Shown piece after piece: positions 46,575 to 57,073 of a stretch of DNA of 64,000 nucleotides. Both the position numbers and the translations under genes were made by a program. Numbering within the stretch: the stretch's first letter is position 1; each line of letters opens with the position of its first letter. The notes beneath the pieces were generated by a model that saw only the letters and a list, made by a program, of their open reading frames with translations, was not told the DNA's origin and did not search any database. Origin of the DNA: a bacterium UBP16_UBA6123. GTDB lineage: Bacteria > Muiribacteriota > UBA9980. Location: positions 87 to 64,086 of the forward strand of contig DIVV01000128.1 in assembly GCA_002423385.1 (NCBI GenBank), in the 5' to 3' direction.

Positions 46575-49115
46575 TTATTTTTGCTCCTGCGAAGTATCTG
46601 CTGAGGCCTGCCAGCTTCTTATCTTGTCGGAATACTGTTTGATGAGGCGGTTCGACGATTCTTCCGTCGCGGTTTCAACGTAAAGATGGAAGAACGGCCG
46701 GTCCGGATCGGGTATTATCAGTATCCAGTCGTTATTATCGAAGCAAATTTTAACGCCGTCGATAAGCTCGATATTTAGATTTTTAGTATCTTCGATAAGA
46801 TTGCGCATAACGGTGCCCTTACATTCCCACGGACAGGGCAGTTGAACTTTAATCAGCCTTGAGGCCGGAATTTCCTTTTCGATTTCAGAAAGCGGCTTTT
46901 TGACTACCGCGAGCATTTCGAGCAGTTTGCACAAAGTTACCATGCCGTCCGATGCGGGCTGAAAACCCGGAAAGCCGAAACTGCCGACACCGTCGCCAAC
47001 AAGAGTTACGTTTTCACTCAACGCCGCTTCCATCATGTTACGCAGCATAGTTTTAGTCCTGACCACCTTGCAGCCAAAACCGGCGGCCATTTCCTCGATG
47101 ATCTTGGATGCGATGACGGGAACCGCTATCGCGGTGCCGGGGCCGGAGGTTTTCATTACCAGATAGCTCATTATGGATAAAAGCATATCGTCGGTAAGAA
47201 TTCGGCCGGTTTCATCGACCAGATGTATTTTTTCGGTGCTCGCATCGAACATAACGCCGAAAGCAGCGCCGAGCGACTGCACTATATTCGAAAGCTGACG
47301 CAGCGAAGCGGAAAACATCTGCGGGTCCTGAGTGAGACGCTTTTCATCGACGAAGGCGTTTAATGAAACCGCGTCAACGCCAAGCTGGCCCAATATTTGA
47401 GGAAATATAATAGAGGCCGCGCCGTATGCGTAATCGATAACTATTTTAAACGGCGACTGTTTTATAGTTTCGGTGTTTATGAATTTTAAAAGGCCCTCGC
47501 AGTAAATATCGACCGTACGGTGCGGAAAGTGGATCGTGCCGGTATCTTCGCAGCCGGCGCGGGCGAAATCTTCTCTAAAGAAAAAACGCTCGATGGCCTT
47601 CTGTTTTGCGACCGAAAGCGCCATACCGTTCGAATCGTAAAATTTTATTTCGATAAGTTTCGGATCTACGGCCGATTTACGAGTGTGTATACAACATTTG
47701 TGATTGTTAGCCGGCAACTGGTAACGGGCAACGGGCGGCGGCATGACCTGAAGATCGTAAACGTTGCAGCCGCACGATAAAATACCCGATATAAGCGCGC
47801 GGTTAATAAGGCGCGAAGTTTTATGCGAATCGCGGGAAGTGGCTACATTGGCCTGTTTGCCGAAGAACGCGCCGCAGGCCGCGCCCACTTTAGAGGCGAA
47901 TTCAGGCGTAATTTCGATATTGCCGAGGCCGGAAATACCGGTTGCGCCGAAAAGATATTTATTCCATTTTTCGCCCCATACAAGACTGGTGGCAAGAGTG
48001 GAACCAGCGTCAACGAATTTATGCGGCCATATTTTAATATTAGCCTTGAGCATGGTGTCTTCGCCGATGTGACATTCGTCAGCGACCACGACGCCTTCTG
48101 ATATATAAGCGTTGTTTAATATACGGCAATGCCTGCCTATTATGGCTTCTTTGATGATCACGTGCTGGCCGATATAGCAGTCGTTCCAGATAATACTGCC
48201 GGATATATTAGCGTTTGATTCGACTATGCAGTTATCGCCGATCACCGAATTTGCAAGTGACGCGCCGCGCTTGATAAGGCAGTTTTTGCCGATGACGACG
48301 CCGCCGCGCAGCTCGACGCGGTCTTCGATAACGCTGTTTTCGCCGGTTATTACGTCTTTACCGATAACATTCATGCGCGTGCCTGGAATATTAACGCTGA
48401 CGCGGCCTTCGAGAATATCGCGATGGGCGAGAAGATATTCGGACAGATCGCCGATATCTTTCCAGTAACCGTCAGCGATATAGCCATAAAGCGGTTCTTT
48501 ATTTTTTAATAAAAGAGGGAAGAGGTCTTTTGAAAAATCGAATTCACGGCCTTCAGGTATGTATTTTAAAGCCTCCGGCTCTATAATATAAATGCCGGTA
48601 TTGACGGTATCGGAAAAAACCTCGCCCCATGACGGCTTTTCTAAAAAGCGCGTTATTCTTCCATCGCGGTCGGTTATTACAACGCCGTACTGCAAAGGAT
48701 TTTCAACGCGGGTTAATACGATGGTTATCATGGCGTTTTTCGATTTATGATATTCGATAGCGTTTTTCAAATTAAAATCGGTGAGCACGTCTCCGGAGAT
48801 AACTATAAACGGCTCGTTTAAATGCTTACGCGAAAAGCCGACGGAGCCGGCCGTGCCATAATCCTCGGTGGCGGATACATACGACATCTTTATGCCGTGC
48901 GACGAACCGTCGCCGAAATGAGAAGTAACCTGTTCGGGCTGAAAATATAATATCGATAAAACGTCTTTCAGGCCGTAGCGTTTGAGCAGCTCGACGATAT
49001 GAGTCATCATCGGCTTATTCACAACCGGAACCATAGGTTTTATATTAGTGCAGGTAATCGGTCTCAAGCGGGTACCGAATCCGCCGGCCATTATAACCGC
49101 CTTATTCATAAACAC
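46575..49115 (-). CDS. Bifunctional sugar-1-phosphate nucleotidyltransferase (mannose-1-P guanylyltransferase-like, with LbH domain) / phosphomanno-phosphoglucomutase
   Basis: N-terminus MAGGFGTRLRPITCTNIKPM (NTP-transferase G-x-G-T-R-L), hexapeptide repeats, then a PGM/PMM four-domain region; 846 aa. Confidence 0.65.
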   Translation of the reverse strand: MFMNKAVIMAGGFGTRLRPITCTNIKPMVPVVNKPMMTHIVELLKRYGLKDVLSILYFQPEQVTSHFGDGSSHGIKMSYVSATEDYGTAGSVGFSRKHLNEPFIVISGDVLTDFNLKNAIEYHKSKNAMITIVLTRVENPLQYGVVITDRDGRITRFLEKPSWGEVFSDTVNTGIYIIEPEALKYIPEGREFDFSKDLFPLLLKNKEPLYGYIADGYWKDIGDLSEYLLAHRDILEGRVSVNIPGTRMNVIGKDVITGENSVIEDRVELRGGVVIGKNCLIKRGASLANSVIGDNCIVESNANISGSIIWNDCYIGQHVIIKEAIIGRHCRILNNAYISEGVVVADECHIGEDTMLKANIKIWPHKFVDAGSTLATSLVWGEKWNKYLFGATGISGLGNIEITPEFASKVGAACGAFFGKQANVATSRDSHKTSRLINRALISGILSCGCNVYDLQVMPPPVARYQLPANNHKCCIHTRKSAVDPKLIEIKFYDSNGMALSVAKQKAIERFFFREDFARAGCEDTGTIHFPHRTVDIYCEGLLKFINTETIKQSPFKIVIDYAYGAASIIFPQILGQLGVDAVSLNAFVDEKRLTQDPQMFSASLRQLSNIVQSLGAAFGVMFDASTEKIHLVDETGRILTDDMLLSIMSYLVMKTSGPGTAIAVPVIASKIIEEMAAGFGCKVVRTKTMLRNMMEAALSENVTLVGDGVGSFGFPGFQPASDGMVTLCKLLEMLAVVKKPLSEIEKEIPASRLIKVQLPCPWECKGTVMRNLIEDTKNLNIELIDGVKICFDNNDWILIIPDPDRPFFHLYVETATEESSNRLIKQYSDKIRSWQASADTSQEQK

Positions 49116-49460
49116 ACCCCCAACTTTATTCCGTCCAGATATAATATTTTTAGAATATAAGACTGGATTTAATATATCAGACTAATATAACAAAAATATT
49201 TAAAAATCTCAAGAAAAAAAGAAAAAGAAATTAAATAGAGGACGGCGAGTATAAAAAAGATGAGCCCGCTCCAGAAAGTCAAAAAATGGCAAAAATGTGC
49301 CTGAAAACCATTGAAAAATCGTTATTTAAGTTAGATAAATCGACTATTTGGAATGGAGTCAAAGATTATTGCCATTCGGCAAAATTAATTGTGTTTTAAA
49401 AAAAGTGTGTTTTAAAAAAAGTGTGTGATTAAAAGTGTGTGATTAAAAAAAGCCTTTCTG

Positions 49461-49500
49461 AAAAACAAAAAAACGAAGAGGGAGTGGCTCTTCGTTTTTC
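49461..49500. terminator. Bidirectional intrinsic terminator
   Basis: Perfect 9-bp stem AACGAAGAG/CTCTTCGTT with GGAGTGG loop, T-run on plus side and A-run (T-run on minus) on the other. Confidence 0.45.
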
Positions 49501-49595
49501 TGCGGTTAGTTCTCTCGTCTTCTATCTAAGAGAATTTTTCAACTTACATATTATATTTCGGATGAATTTGATTTTACTTTATAGTTTTTTAAAAA

Positions 49596-49765
49596 AATAT
49601 TTTTATTTTTATTCTTATTCTTATTTTTATTCTTAATTCTTATTCTCATTCTTATTTTTATTGTTATTGTTATTGTTATTTTAATTCTTAACTCTTATTC
49701 TTATTTTTATTGTTATTGTTATTTTAATTCTTAACTCTTATTCTTATTTTTATTCTTATTTGATT
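49596..49765. repeat. AT-rich tandem-repeat tract (ttattc hexamers and two about 50-nt higher-order units) in the 3' region of the dac gene
   Basis: ttattcttattcttatttttattctt...ttattgttattgttattttaattcttaactcttattcttattt repeated twice. Confidence 0.5.
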
Positions 49766-49798
49766 ATACTTTACTCTTTTATTGTAGTGATTATAAGA

Positions 49799-51154
49799 CT
49801 AACGGCTAACGCTTATCGTGGATAAAGTAACGCTGGTTTTCTGCGGTTCGCTTCCAGAAAGGGCCGCTGGTTTTTCCGCGCTCGATTTTAAAGCTATATT
49901 CGATGCGTTTAAATATTTATCGCAATCTATCAGGGCCATCGTATCGGTTACGACGTCTCTGGCTTTTAAAACTATTATAATCATCTGTTTTCCGCCGTAA
50001 GAATAAGCCGTAGCAAGACATCTTCCGGCCGCTCTTGTGTAACCCGTTTTAATTCCTTTGACACCCGGATTTTTACCGAGCAGTTTATGACGGTTTGATA
50101 AATTAATCGTACGCGTCACTTCGACTAATTTAGTAACTTCTTTTTCTTTTTCTTTTGATTTTGCGGCGATTTTAGAGTTTTTCTTAGAGGAAGATTTTAA
50201 TGCGGTTTTACTCTTTTTATCCTTTTTATTTGATTTAACGACAACTTCTTTTTGAGTTATAATTTTAACCTGATGTTTTCTCGTTCCAACGATTTTAGCG
50301 AAAACAGGATTCTTCATAGCATACCCCGAAAGAATCGCGAGGTCATAAGCAGTTGAATGATGCCTGCTATCGGGCATTCCGTTCGGATTAACAAAGTAAC
50401 TGTTGACCGCGCCGATCTCTTTAGCCTGTTCGTTCATTAATTTAGCGAATTTAGCGACGCTTCCGGCTACTTCTTCGGCTATAGCTATACACGCATCGTT
50501 AGCCGAATGAAGAAGCGACATATAAAGCAGATCCAGCAGCGTAGTCTTATCGCCTTTTTTTAATCCGAGCGATACGCCGTCGCTTCTTACGTAAATATCG
50601 TGTTTTATAGTTATGGTTTCCTTTAAATTTCTTTTGGAATCTAAAAGCACTATCGCCGTCATAATTTTAGTAAGCGAGGCCGGCGCCATTTTCTTAAAAG
50701 GATCTTTGCTGTAAAGAAGTTTGCCATTGCCCTCGTCAAGCACTACTATCGACTGCGAAGTCAAAATATCTTCCAGCGACTCGGGCTCGTTTTTTTCTTC
50801 TGAAGAAGTTTTAATGACTTTTTTCGCCGTCGTCTTTTTTGCCTTCGTCCGAACGCTCTTTTTTGATGAGCTGACTTTTTTTACGGACGATTTAGTCGAT
50901 ATTATTCCCTGCCTCGAAGCAAAAAGTTCTTCGATAGTCTGAGGATTGCTCTTAATTTTATTCAGCTCGCCCGACTCTTTATGCTTGCTCTGCTGGGCGG
51001 AAAGCAATTTATTTAAAGTATCGTCAAGCTCTCCCGCGTTAGCGCTTAAATTAAAAAACTTGAGCTGCGGGGTATAAAAAGCCAATATCAGTATCATTAC
51101 TATTATACTTTTTATTAATTTTACGATTCTTTTTAAATTCATTAAAATACTCAC
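49799..51154 (-). CDS. Serine-type D-Ala-D-Ala carboxypeptidase (PBP5/DacA-like, peptidase S11) with lysine-rich inserts
   Basis: ASLTKIMT (SxxK), LLHSANDA (SxN), KTGYT (KTG); signal-anchor N-terminus; 451 aa. Confidence 0.75.
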   Translation of the reverse strand: MSILMNLKRIVKLIKSIIVMILILAFYTPQLKFFNLSANAGELDDTLNKLLSAQQSKHKESGELNKIKSNPQTIEELFASRQGIISTKSSVKKVSSSKKSVRTKAKKTTAKKVIKTSSEEKNEPESLEDILTSQSIVVLDEGNGKLLYSKDPFKKMAPASLTKIMTAIVLLDSKRNLKETITIKHDIYVRSDGVSLGLKKGDKTTLLDLLYMSLLHSANDACIAIAEEVAGSVAKFAKLMNEQAKEIGAVNSYFVNPNGMPDSRHHSTAYDLAILSGYAMKNPVFAKIVGTRKHQVKIITQKEVVVKSNKKDKKSKTALKSSSKKNSKIAAKSKEKEKEVTKLVEVTRTINLSNRHKLLGKNPGVKGIKTGYTRAAGRCLATAYSYGGKQMIIIVLKARDVVTDTMALIDCDKYLNASNIALKSSAEKPAALSGSEPQKTSVTLSTISVSR

Positions 51155-51277
51155 CCAACTTTAGTTATTAAATTTATTCAAAATTCTTTAGATGTATCGG
51201 TATAATTGTGATTGATTTTATATTTATGTTGAATTTAATTTAAAATTATGTTAGTATAAGCCAAAAAATCGCATGGG

Positions 51278-52606
51278 GTGGTTAGTTTGTTGTTTAATAT
51301 TAACTTTTATTTTTCAAGTAAAAAGTATTATAATAAATATCAGTCAACCGGCTTAAAAATTTTTTTTATTTTCATGCCGGCAGTCCTTCTTAGTTATATA
51401 TCAATCAATACCTGTGTACCCGCATCAGATTCAGCGTCAACCCGCTTCAGCCGATCCGCGGCGTATCTACTTATGCCCGCTCAGGCCTTAGCCCGGCAAA
51501 CTTCCGATTCGTCTTCAGCCGAAATCGAATACAAAACCACGCATGATAAAGCAGTAAGCGATACCGGCCCGGTTGAAATTCAAGCGGCTGATTCCTCCGA
51601 AGTTTTTTCCGCCGGCATTCCGCAGGCCGTTGCCAAACCGCTTTCAACTGAACAGATATCTAAAATTAGCGAAATAATAAATAAGTTCGCCGACAATATT
51701 TATAATTCCAAAATAAGCGCCGCGTCAAAACTTTGCATAAATACGCAGAGCGATTTTTTATCGAAAGATTTTATCGACGATTTTAAAAGCACAAAAGGCG
51801 CCCCGCTCAAAATTAAAGATATCAGCGGCTCGGCGGATGAGACCATAAGCGTTATATTAGAATACGGCGGCGATAAAAAAGAAGATATAATGATACAAGA
51901 ATTTGTTTTGCTTTATAACGCGCAAACGAATAATTTTTTGATTGCCAATATTTTCGATCGGCTTTATGAGAGCATAAACGAAGATAAAAAAAAGTGCATG
52001 GCCAATTGCTCGTTTTTAGAAAACGCGCTGCTGTTTTTTCAAAGGATATTGCCTGATTTTTCATTTTCAAACGAATTCAGGGGCGATGCGGCTTTTAAAA
52101 AACTTATAGACGCGGGATTTCTTACGCATATGCCTCAATGCCCCTCAAAAGGCGTTTATATTTGCCTCGTATCAAATAATGCCGAGCTTAATTCCTACGA
52201 AATAATGGTGGGATGTTCCGAGCACGGCTACCTGTCTGAAATTTCAAAGTTATACACTAACCTCGATAATTCCGAAAAATTATACGCGGAACTCGAAAAT
52301 GAAGGGCTGCGCTTATCCCGCGAACATTGCGGCGAAAGGCTTTTAAAAATGTTCAATTCCCGAGAAATTGAAAAAAATATTTACGAATCTATCCGAACCG
52401 AAGATATCGCAGGCGCTCTCGAACTATTCAAACAACTTCAAAAAGAAGAAAAACACCTCGGCGAATTATATCCGGCATTAAGCGACTCGCTGCTGCAGAT
52501 CGATCACGAAACCGCGGCGGTAACGATATTAAAAGAAGCCGCGGAGTACTATCCCGGCTGGCCTATAATAAAAGACAAACTTAGCGAAACCGGTAATAAT
52601 CGATAA
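51278..52606 (+). CDS. Hypothetical exported protein (possible lipoprotein)
   Basis: 442-aa ORF; likely start at internal MPAVLLSYISINTC (lipobox-like); no recognisable domain. Confidence 0.35.
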   Translation: MVSLLFNINFYFSSKKYYNKYQSTGLKIFFIFMPAVLLSYISINTCVPASDSASTRFSRSAAYLLMPAQALARQTSDSSSAEIEYKTTHDKAVSDTGPVEIQAADSSEVFSAGIPQAVAKPLSTEQISKISEIINKFADNIYNSKISAASKLCINTQSDFLSKDFIDDFKSTKGAPLKIKDISGSADETISVILEYGGDKKEDIMIQEFVLLYNAQTNNFLIANIFDRLYESINEDKKKCMANCSFLENALLFFQRILPDFSFSNEFRGDAAFKKLIDAGFLTHMPQCPSKGVYICLVSNNAELNSYEIMVGCSEHGYLSEISKLYTNLDNSEKLYAELENEGLRLSREHCGERLLKMFNSREIEKNIYESIRTEDIAGALELFKQLQKEEKHLGELYPALSDSLLQIDHETAAVTILKEAAEYYPGWPIIKDKLSETGNNR

Positions 52607-52621
52607 TTTTTGTTTTTATTT

Positions 52622-54301
52622 TTATTTCATCTGATATTCGATGCGCGGATTAAGCGGCTGAACCATGGGCTTGTTTATATCCTGCGGCCCGAGATAAATA
52701 GTTTTATTCTCGGTGAATATGGTAGGCACTAAACCGTACTGCAGTTGAACGCCGTCAAAAAGTATTTCGCGCTCCCGATCGTCGGCGGAACAACCGCCAA
52801 GATAAATAGCGTAGCGCAGCGTGCCGTCGAAAACAAACTTATCAGGCGTAAACGACATGAAAATCCTTACCCACTGGTCATATCTGCCATCGCGAAAAAA
52901 AGGCGTCCAATAAATGCCTGCTTTTTTTATAGCCGCGTTTTTATCGGCCGAAGTAAAAAATTTCTTTTCTTTATAGTTGACTTCTATTTTTTCTTTGCCG
53001 TCGATGTATCGAGCGGGGTTTAGAAGATAATCGTCTCCGAGCATTCCGCTGAATTTATAACGAGCGGCGCTCATATTAAAAAGATTATTCACTCTTATTA
53101 AATAATGGTTAAGCTCATCCGGCTTTCCATTGACGCGAAAAGCTCCGAAGCCTATTATGGCCGTCGATTCCGGCGCTAAAGCCTTATTGCCGCTAAATTT
53201 AACGTTAGCCGAAAGAGAAAGTCCTAATTCGATAGACTTAGTAAGCGATTCGGGGTCTAATTCCTGGTAAAAAACAGGATTACCGCCAAGGCCAAAATTA
53301 AGTTCGGGCAAATTAAAGTTAACCGCATATTCCGCATCCGCCTGCGTGTATGAATCCATGTAATTAACGCCGAGATTTAAAGCGCGCTTGCGGCCGTTTG
53401 AATAAGGCTGGGTGGAAATATAATCGAGCTGATAATTGCTCTTGATCGTACTCATTATAGCATCGACGCCGGCCTGGACTTCTTTATAGGCCGCTTCACG
53501 AAAGACTCCGCCGGTCGCATAAGCCACACGGGTGGCGGCCGAACCGAAAAAACTTCCGTCCGCCGTTTCGCCAGGTGCGTTTAATTTTAAAAAATTAACG
53601 GTCGGCCTGTGCTCCGGGGAAATCGAATTAATATTTTCGAGAACCGCTTCATTAACAAAAAAAGGATCGGCGGTAACGTAAATTATATGCTTATTTCCGA
53701 GCTGCCGCGATAGCTTTTCGGCGGCGAATAATATCAGCTCGTCGGCCGTGCGGGTATAATCTATCACGCGCTCGATGGCGCCGGCGTTAAAAAGTTTTTT
53801 ATCACCGGTAAAATCAAGAGCGCAGATATCCGTGCAAAATGTAAATAATGCCATTTTATCGAGGCTTTCAAGATAAGAAGCCGCGCGGGTTAAAGATTTT
53901 TGGGCCATATCGCTGCGGCCGCCTTTAATGAGGCTGGAATCGATAATTAAGGCTAAACTTATAGTTTCCGCGGTACGCATCATGTTAACGCTCTGTGGAA
54001 CGCGATTTTCACTTAAAATAAAGTTGGTTGAAGACAGGCCGTTTTCTGATAAGTTATCTTGATTTCTGAAGTATAATTTAATATTTATGTGCGGAAACTC
54101 ATCCGTTTTTATCTGCGTTATATCTAACCAGAAGCCTTCAGGTTCGGCTGCGGCCGGACCAGGCACGATAACGAAACTAAAGAACAGAGAAACGGTTATA
54201 AACATAAGCATAAGCAGAGGCTTAAAGCAATATATTTCCGGTTCTAAAATATGGAGCCCCGCGGCCTCGCCGCAAATACTACCGCTTAACTTCAAAATCA
54301 T
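52622..54301 (-). CDS. Hypothetical secreted protein, possible vWA-like N-terminal domain
   Basis: Signal peptide/TM, LALIIDSSLIKGG...FTFCTD resembling a degenerate MIDAS; 559 aa. Confidence 0.35.
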   Translation of the reverse strand: MILKLSGSICGEAAGLHILEPEIYCFKPLLMLMFITVSLFFSFVIVPGPAAAEPEGFWLDITQIKTDEFPHINIKLYFRNQDNLSENGLSSTNFILSENRVPQSVNMMRTAETISLALIIDSSLIKGGRSDMAQKSLTRAASYLESLDKMALFTFCTDICALDFTGDKKLFNAGAIERVIDYTRTADELILFAAEKLSRQLGNKHIIYVTADPFFVNEAVLENINSISPEHRPTVNFLKLNAPGETADGSFFGSAATRVAYATGGVFREAAYKEVQAGVDAIMSTIKSNYQLDYISTQPYSNGRKRALNLGVNYMDSYTQADAEYAVNFNLPELNFGLGGNPVFYQELDPESLTKSIELGLSLSANVKFSGNKALAPESTAIIGFGAFRVNGKPDELNHYLIRVNNLFNMSAARYKFSGMLGDDYLLNPARYIDGKEKIEVNYKEKKFFTSADKNAAIKKAGIYWTPFFRDGRYDQWVRIFMSFTPDKFVFDGTLRYAIYLGGCSADDREREILFDGVQLQYGLVPTIFTENKTIYLGPQDINKPMVQPLNPRIEYQMK

Positions 54302-55592
54302 ATCCTTTCGCCATAAAAAAAGAATAAAAATAATCTAAAAAAGGCTTCCATCCGGTTCTGGCGCAAATTTTCAAAGCGTCGTAACCATCGAATTTAGGCG
54401 CAGGCAAAGGCATATAAATCGAGATGCCGAACGAATTATAAGTAACGGGTATTTTTCCAAAATCGCCTATCGCCGAATTTTTAACGGTAGCATTAGTAAG
54501 CGACGCTAAAAATTCGCGCGAACTTTTCTCGACGCTCTGCTCGTGTATTTCTTCGTTAATGATGCGTCCGAAATCGAAGGCGTCGATAAACTCGCCGCTC
54601 GAATAACGCCTTACTTTTTTAATGACCGAAGCCGTGAATATATCGCGGTATTTGCTTTGCGCTAAAGCCTTCGTAAGCGCCTCTAAAAACGCGTCGAATT
54701 TTTCACTTATCATTTCGAGCTCCGCGGTTTTAATCGCTGAAAGAGTGGCTTTAACGCCGCTTTTTGCCATCTGTTTAAAATAATTATGCCAGGCTGAAAC
54801 GAATAAAAAACTGAAACGCTGAGCGGCCGTTATTTTCTGGCTGACGATCGGATTAAAAATTATATCGTAAGGCGTTCCGCATTCCGGGATGAATTCTTCG
54901 GAACCAATTATGTTAACCGCGTATTCGGATAATTCGTATATTAATTCGAGGCACTGAAAATTATTCGCGTCAAAATGTATGATATCGGCGCCGCGCCCGG
55001 CCGCCAGACGTATTTTTTCGAATGCCGCGCGCAGATTTTTAAGATTATTCCAATTATTCGCGGGTGAAGAAAAACTATATTTACTATTGATTATAGTTTC
55101 ACGATCGTATAAAGTAATAATTAAACCTTCGGTTTTATATTTCAAATAATGCTTTATGACGAAGTCGGAAAAAATCGCGGATAAGTTATCGTTTTCATTT
55201 ATTTTTTCGCGCAGAAGAGCTTTAGAAGATATTTTATTTAAATCGGCGTCGGGAACGATTTCATAAACCGTTTTAATGCCTTCCTTTTTATCGTACCACA
55301 GAGCGGTTATATTGATAAATCCGTCCTGCTTTATATTTTCGAGTTTATTTATCTCGCGCCCGGCGCTGCCGGCGCCATCATTTAAAAACACTAAATAAGT
55401 CCAGGCGGCTTCATGCATTGTCCGGCCGGAATCCGCGGCCAAAACGCAAAACGACGGATATAGAAGCGTCGCGGATAAAACCGCCATAAATAAATACGGG
55501 CGCGCAGCCGCGCACCCTTTTAAAATTAAAGCATATACTTTTTCACAAATTGAATTAAAATTATTATCGACTTGAAACATTAATTCGCCCAC
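54279..55592 (-). CDS. Hypothetical secreted protein (possibly clostripain/C11-like)
   Basis: 437 aa with signal peptide; candidate His (ADIIHFDANNF) and Cys (ECGTPYD) dyad positions; low confidence. Confidence 0.3.
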   Translation of the reverse strand: MGELMFQVDNNFNSICEKVYALILKGCAAARPYLFMAVLSATLLYPSFCVLAADSGRTMHEAAWTYLVFLNDGAGSAGREINKLENIKQDGFINITALWYDKKEGIKTVYEIVPDADLNKISSKALLREKINENDNLSAIFSDFVIKHYLKYKTEGLIITLYDRETIINSKYSFSSPANNWNNLKNLRAAFEKIRLAAGRGADIIHFDANNFQCLELIYELSEYAVNIIGSEEFIPECGTPYDIIFNPIVSQKITAAQRFSFLFVSAWHNYFKQMAKSGVKATLSAIKTAELEMISEKFDAFLEALTKALAQSKYRDIFTASVIKKVRRYSSGEFIDAFDFGRIINEEIHEQSVEKSSREFLASLTNATVKNSAIGDFGKIPVTYNSFGISIYMPLPAPKFDGYDALKICARTGWKPFLDYFYSFFMAKGYDFEVKR

Positions 55593-55680
55593 CCCTGTTT
55601 TATATATATCTTTTTTATACGCTCCGTCGCTGATTAAAACCTGGCTTTACTTGATTATAAAGTAAAACGCTAATCCGTTT

Positions 55681-56136
55681 TCAAATAAAATTGGAAATAA
55701 GATTATTACGGTTGATCGGCAGTTTTCCTTCTTTTATCATCATAAGGTTTTCGATATTTCTTATAAGCGTTTCGCGGCTGAAAGGCTTGGCTATATAGCA
55801 GTCTGCCCGATAAGTCACCAGCCCGTCATACTGCGCGAAGCTCGAATTATATGCCGTCATAAGCATTACAATTATATCTTTAGTTTCGGCGCTTGATTTT
55901 AAATTCTGACAAATTTCAAAACCGTTCATAATCGGCATATTGATATCTAAAATTATAAAATCAGGTTTTTCAGATTTTGCGCACTTAAAAGCGGTTGGCG
56001 AATTAGAAAACTTTTTCACCGCATACTGCCTTTTTTCATCGCTTAAAAGAATGGCTTCGAGCAAATCGAGATTGCACTCGTCATCGTCTATCAGAAATAC
56101 ATTATATTTTGAAACTGGCACGCTCATAACAATCAC
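55681..56136 (-). CDS. Single-domain response regulator (receiver) paralogue 1
   Basis: VFLIDDDECNLDLLEAIL...DFIILDINMPIMNGFEICQNLKSSA...MLMTAYNS. Confidence 0.65.
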   Translation of the reverse strand: MIVMSVPVSKYNVFLIDDDECNLDLLEAILLSDEKRQYAVKKFSNSPTAFKCAKSEKPDFIILDINMPIMNGFEICQNLKSSAETKDIIVMLMTAYNSSFAQYDGLVTYRADCYIAKPFSRETLIRNIENLMMIKEGKLPINRNNLISNFI

Positions 56137-56254
56137 CGTAATTTCTATTCGAATAACTATAAAAGCCGTTTTATCTTACGATATTACAGGCAGTATGATA
56201 ACAAATAATAAGGAAAAAGTCAAAGAAAATAAAGAAGAAAAGTCGTAATTATGG

Positions 56255-56704
56255 CTATATCACTTTCGATATAAAATTATTTTTATGCTCGGTAAGCCGC
56301 CTTGATTTAAGCAAAATGACGTTGTGGATATGTCTTATAAACTCTTCGCATTTAAAGGGTTTGGCCATATAATAATCGGCGCGGTAAACCAGAAGTCCGT
56401 CATGCCAGACGAAACTTGAATTATAAGCGGTAATTAAAATAACCGTAACCGAAGATATAGAGGCTGATGACTTTATTTTCTGGCAGACTTCGAATCCGTT
56501 CATGATCGGAAGATTGACATCGAGAATAAGAATATCAGGAGGGTCGAAATTTATAGCTTTTAAGGCTTCGGGCGAGCTGGAGTATTTTGAAACTTCATAA
56601 TAGTTCTCGGGATCGGCGTCGAGCATAGCTTCGATCAAATCGAGCGTGCTCTGATCGTCGTCTAACAAATAAATTTTGTAAAATGGCTGTTGGACATCGT
56701 TCAC
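56255..56704 (-). CDS. Single-domain response regulator (receiver) paralogue 2
   Basis: IYLLDDDQSTLDLIEAML...DILILDVNLPIMNGFEVCQKIKSSA...ILITAYNS; clear tandem paralogue of 55681..56136. Confidence 0.65.
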   Translation of the reverse strand: MNDVQQPFYKIYLLDDDQSTLDLIEAMLDADPENYYEVSKYSSSPEALKAINFDPPDILILDVNLPIMNGFEVCQKIKSSASISSVTVILITAYNSSFVWHDGLLVYRADYYMAKPFKCEEFIRHIHNVILLKSRRLTEHKNNFISKVI

Positions 56705-56829
56705 TCAAAACACCCGCCTGCACCGTAAACCGGCTATAAAAATTTTAAAAAACCATTAACGGAAACATTACTGCTACCTAATCTAATTATACCAGAATGC
56801 AAAGGTAATGTAAAGTTATTTTCATATAT

Positions 56830-56910
56830 TTTTATACTTTTATTTATGCTTTTATTTATACTTTTATTTATGCTTCTATTGCGCTTTAATTTCTAATTAT
56901 TTATGCTTTT
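56830..56910. promoter_or_regulatory. AT-rich tandem repeat (acttttatttatgctt units) in divergent promoter region
   Basis: tttatacttttatttatgcttttatttatacttttatttatgcttctatt between receiver gene and Bat-like operon. Confidence 0.35.
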
Positions 56911-57073
56911 CGCCTTTCTCCGTGTTTCGTTATTTTTCATCTAAATCTCATTCTGTCAAGTGTTTTCCATTACAGCACAGGATAATTTTTATAAAAAATA
57001 TAGAATTACGATTGACTTTTTTCGATGGTCTATGATATATATATGTATGCACACCAAAGTTAAATAGAAAAGA

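Noticed and set aside
49596-49765. Possible CRISPR array because of regular short repeats
   Set aside because: Units are 6-nt ttattc arrays and two about 50-nt copies without unique spacers of constant length, and there are no cas genes. It is a simple tandem repeat, not a CRISPR array.
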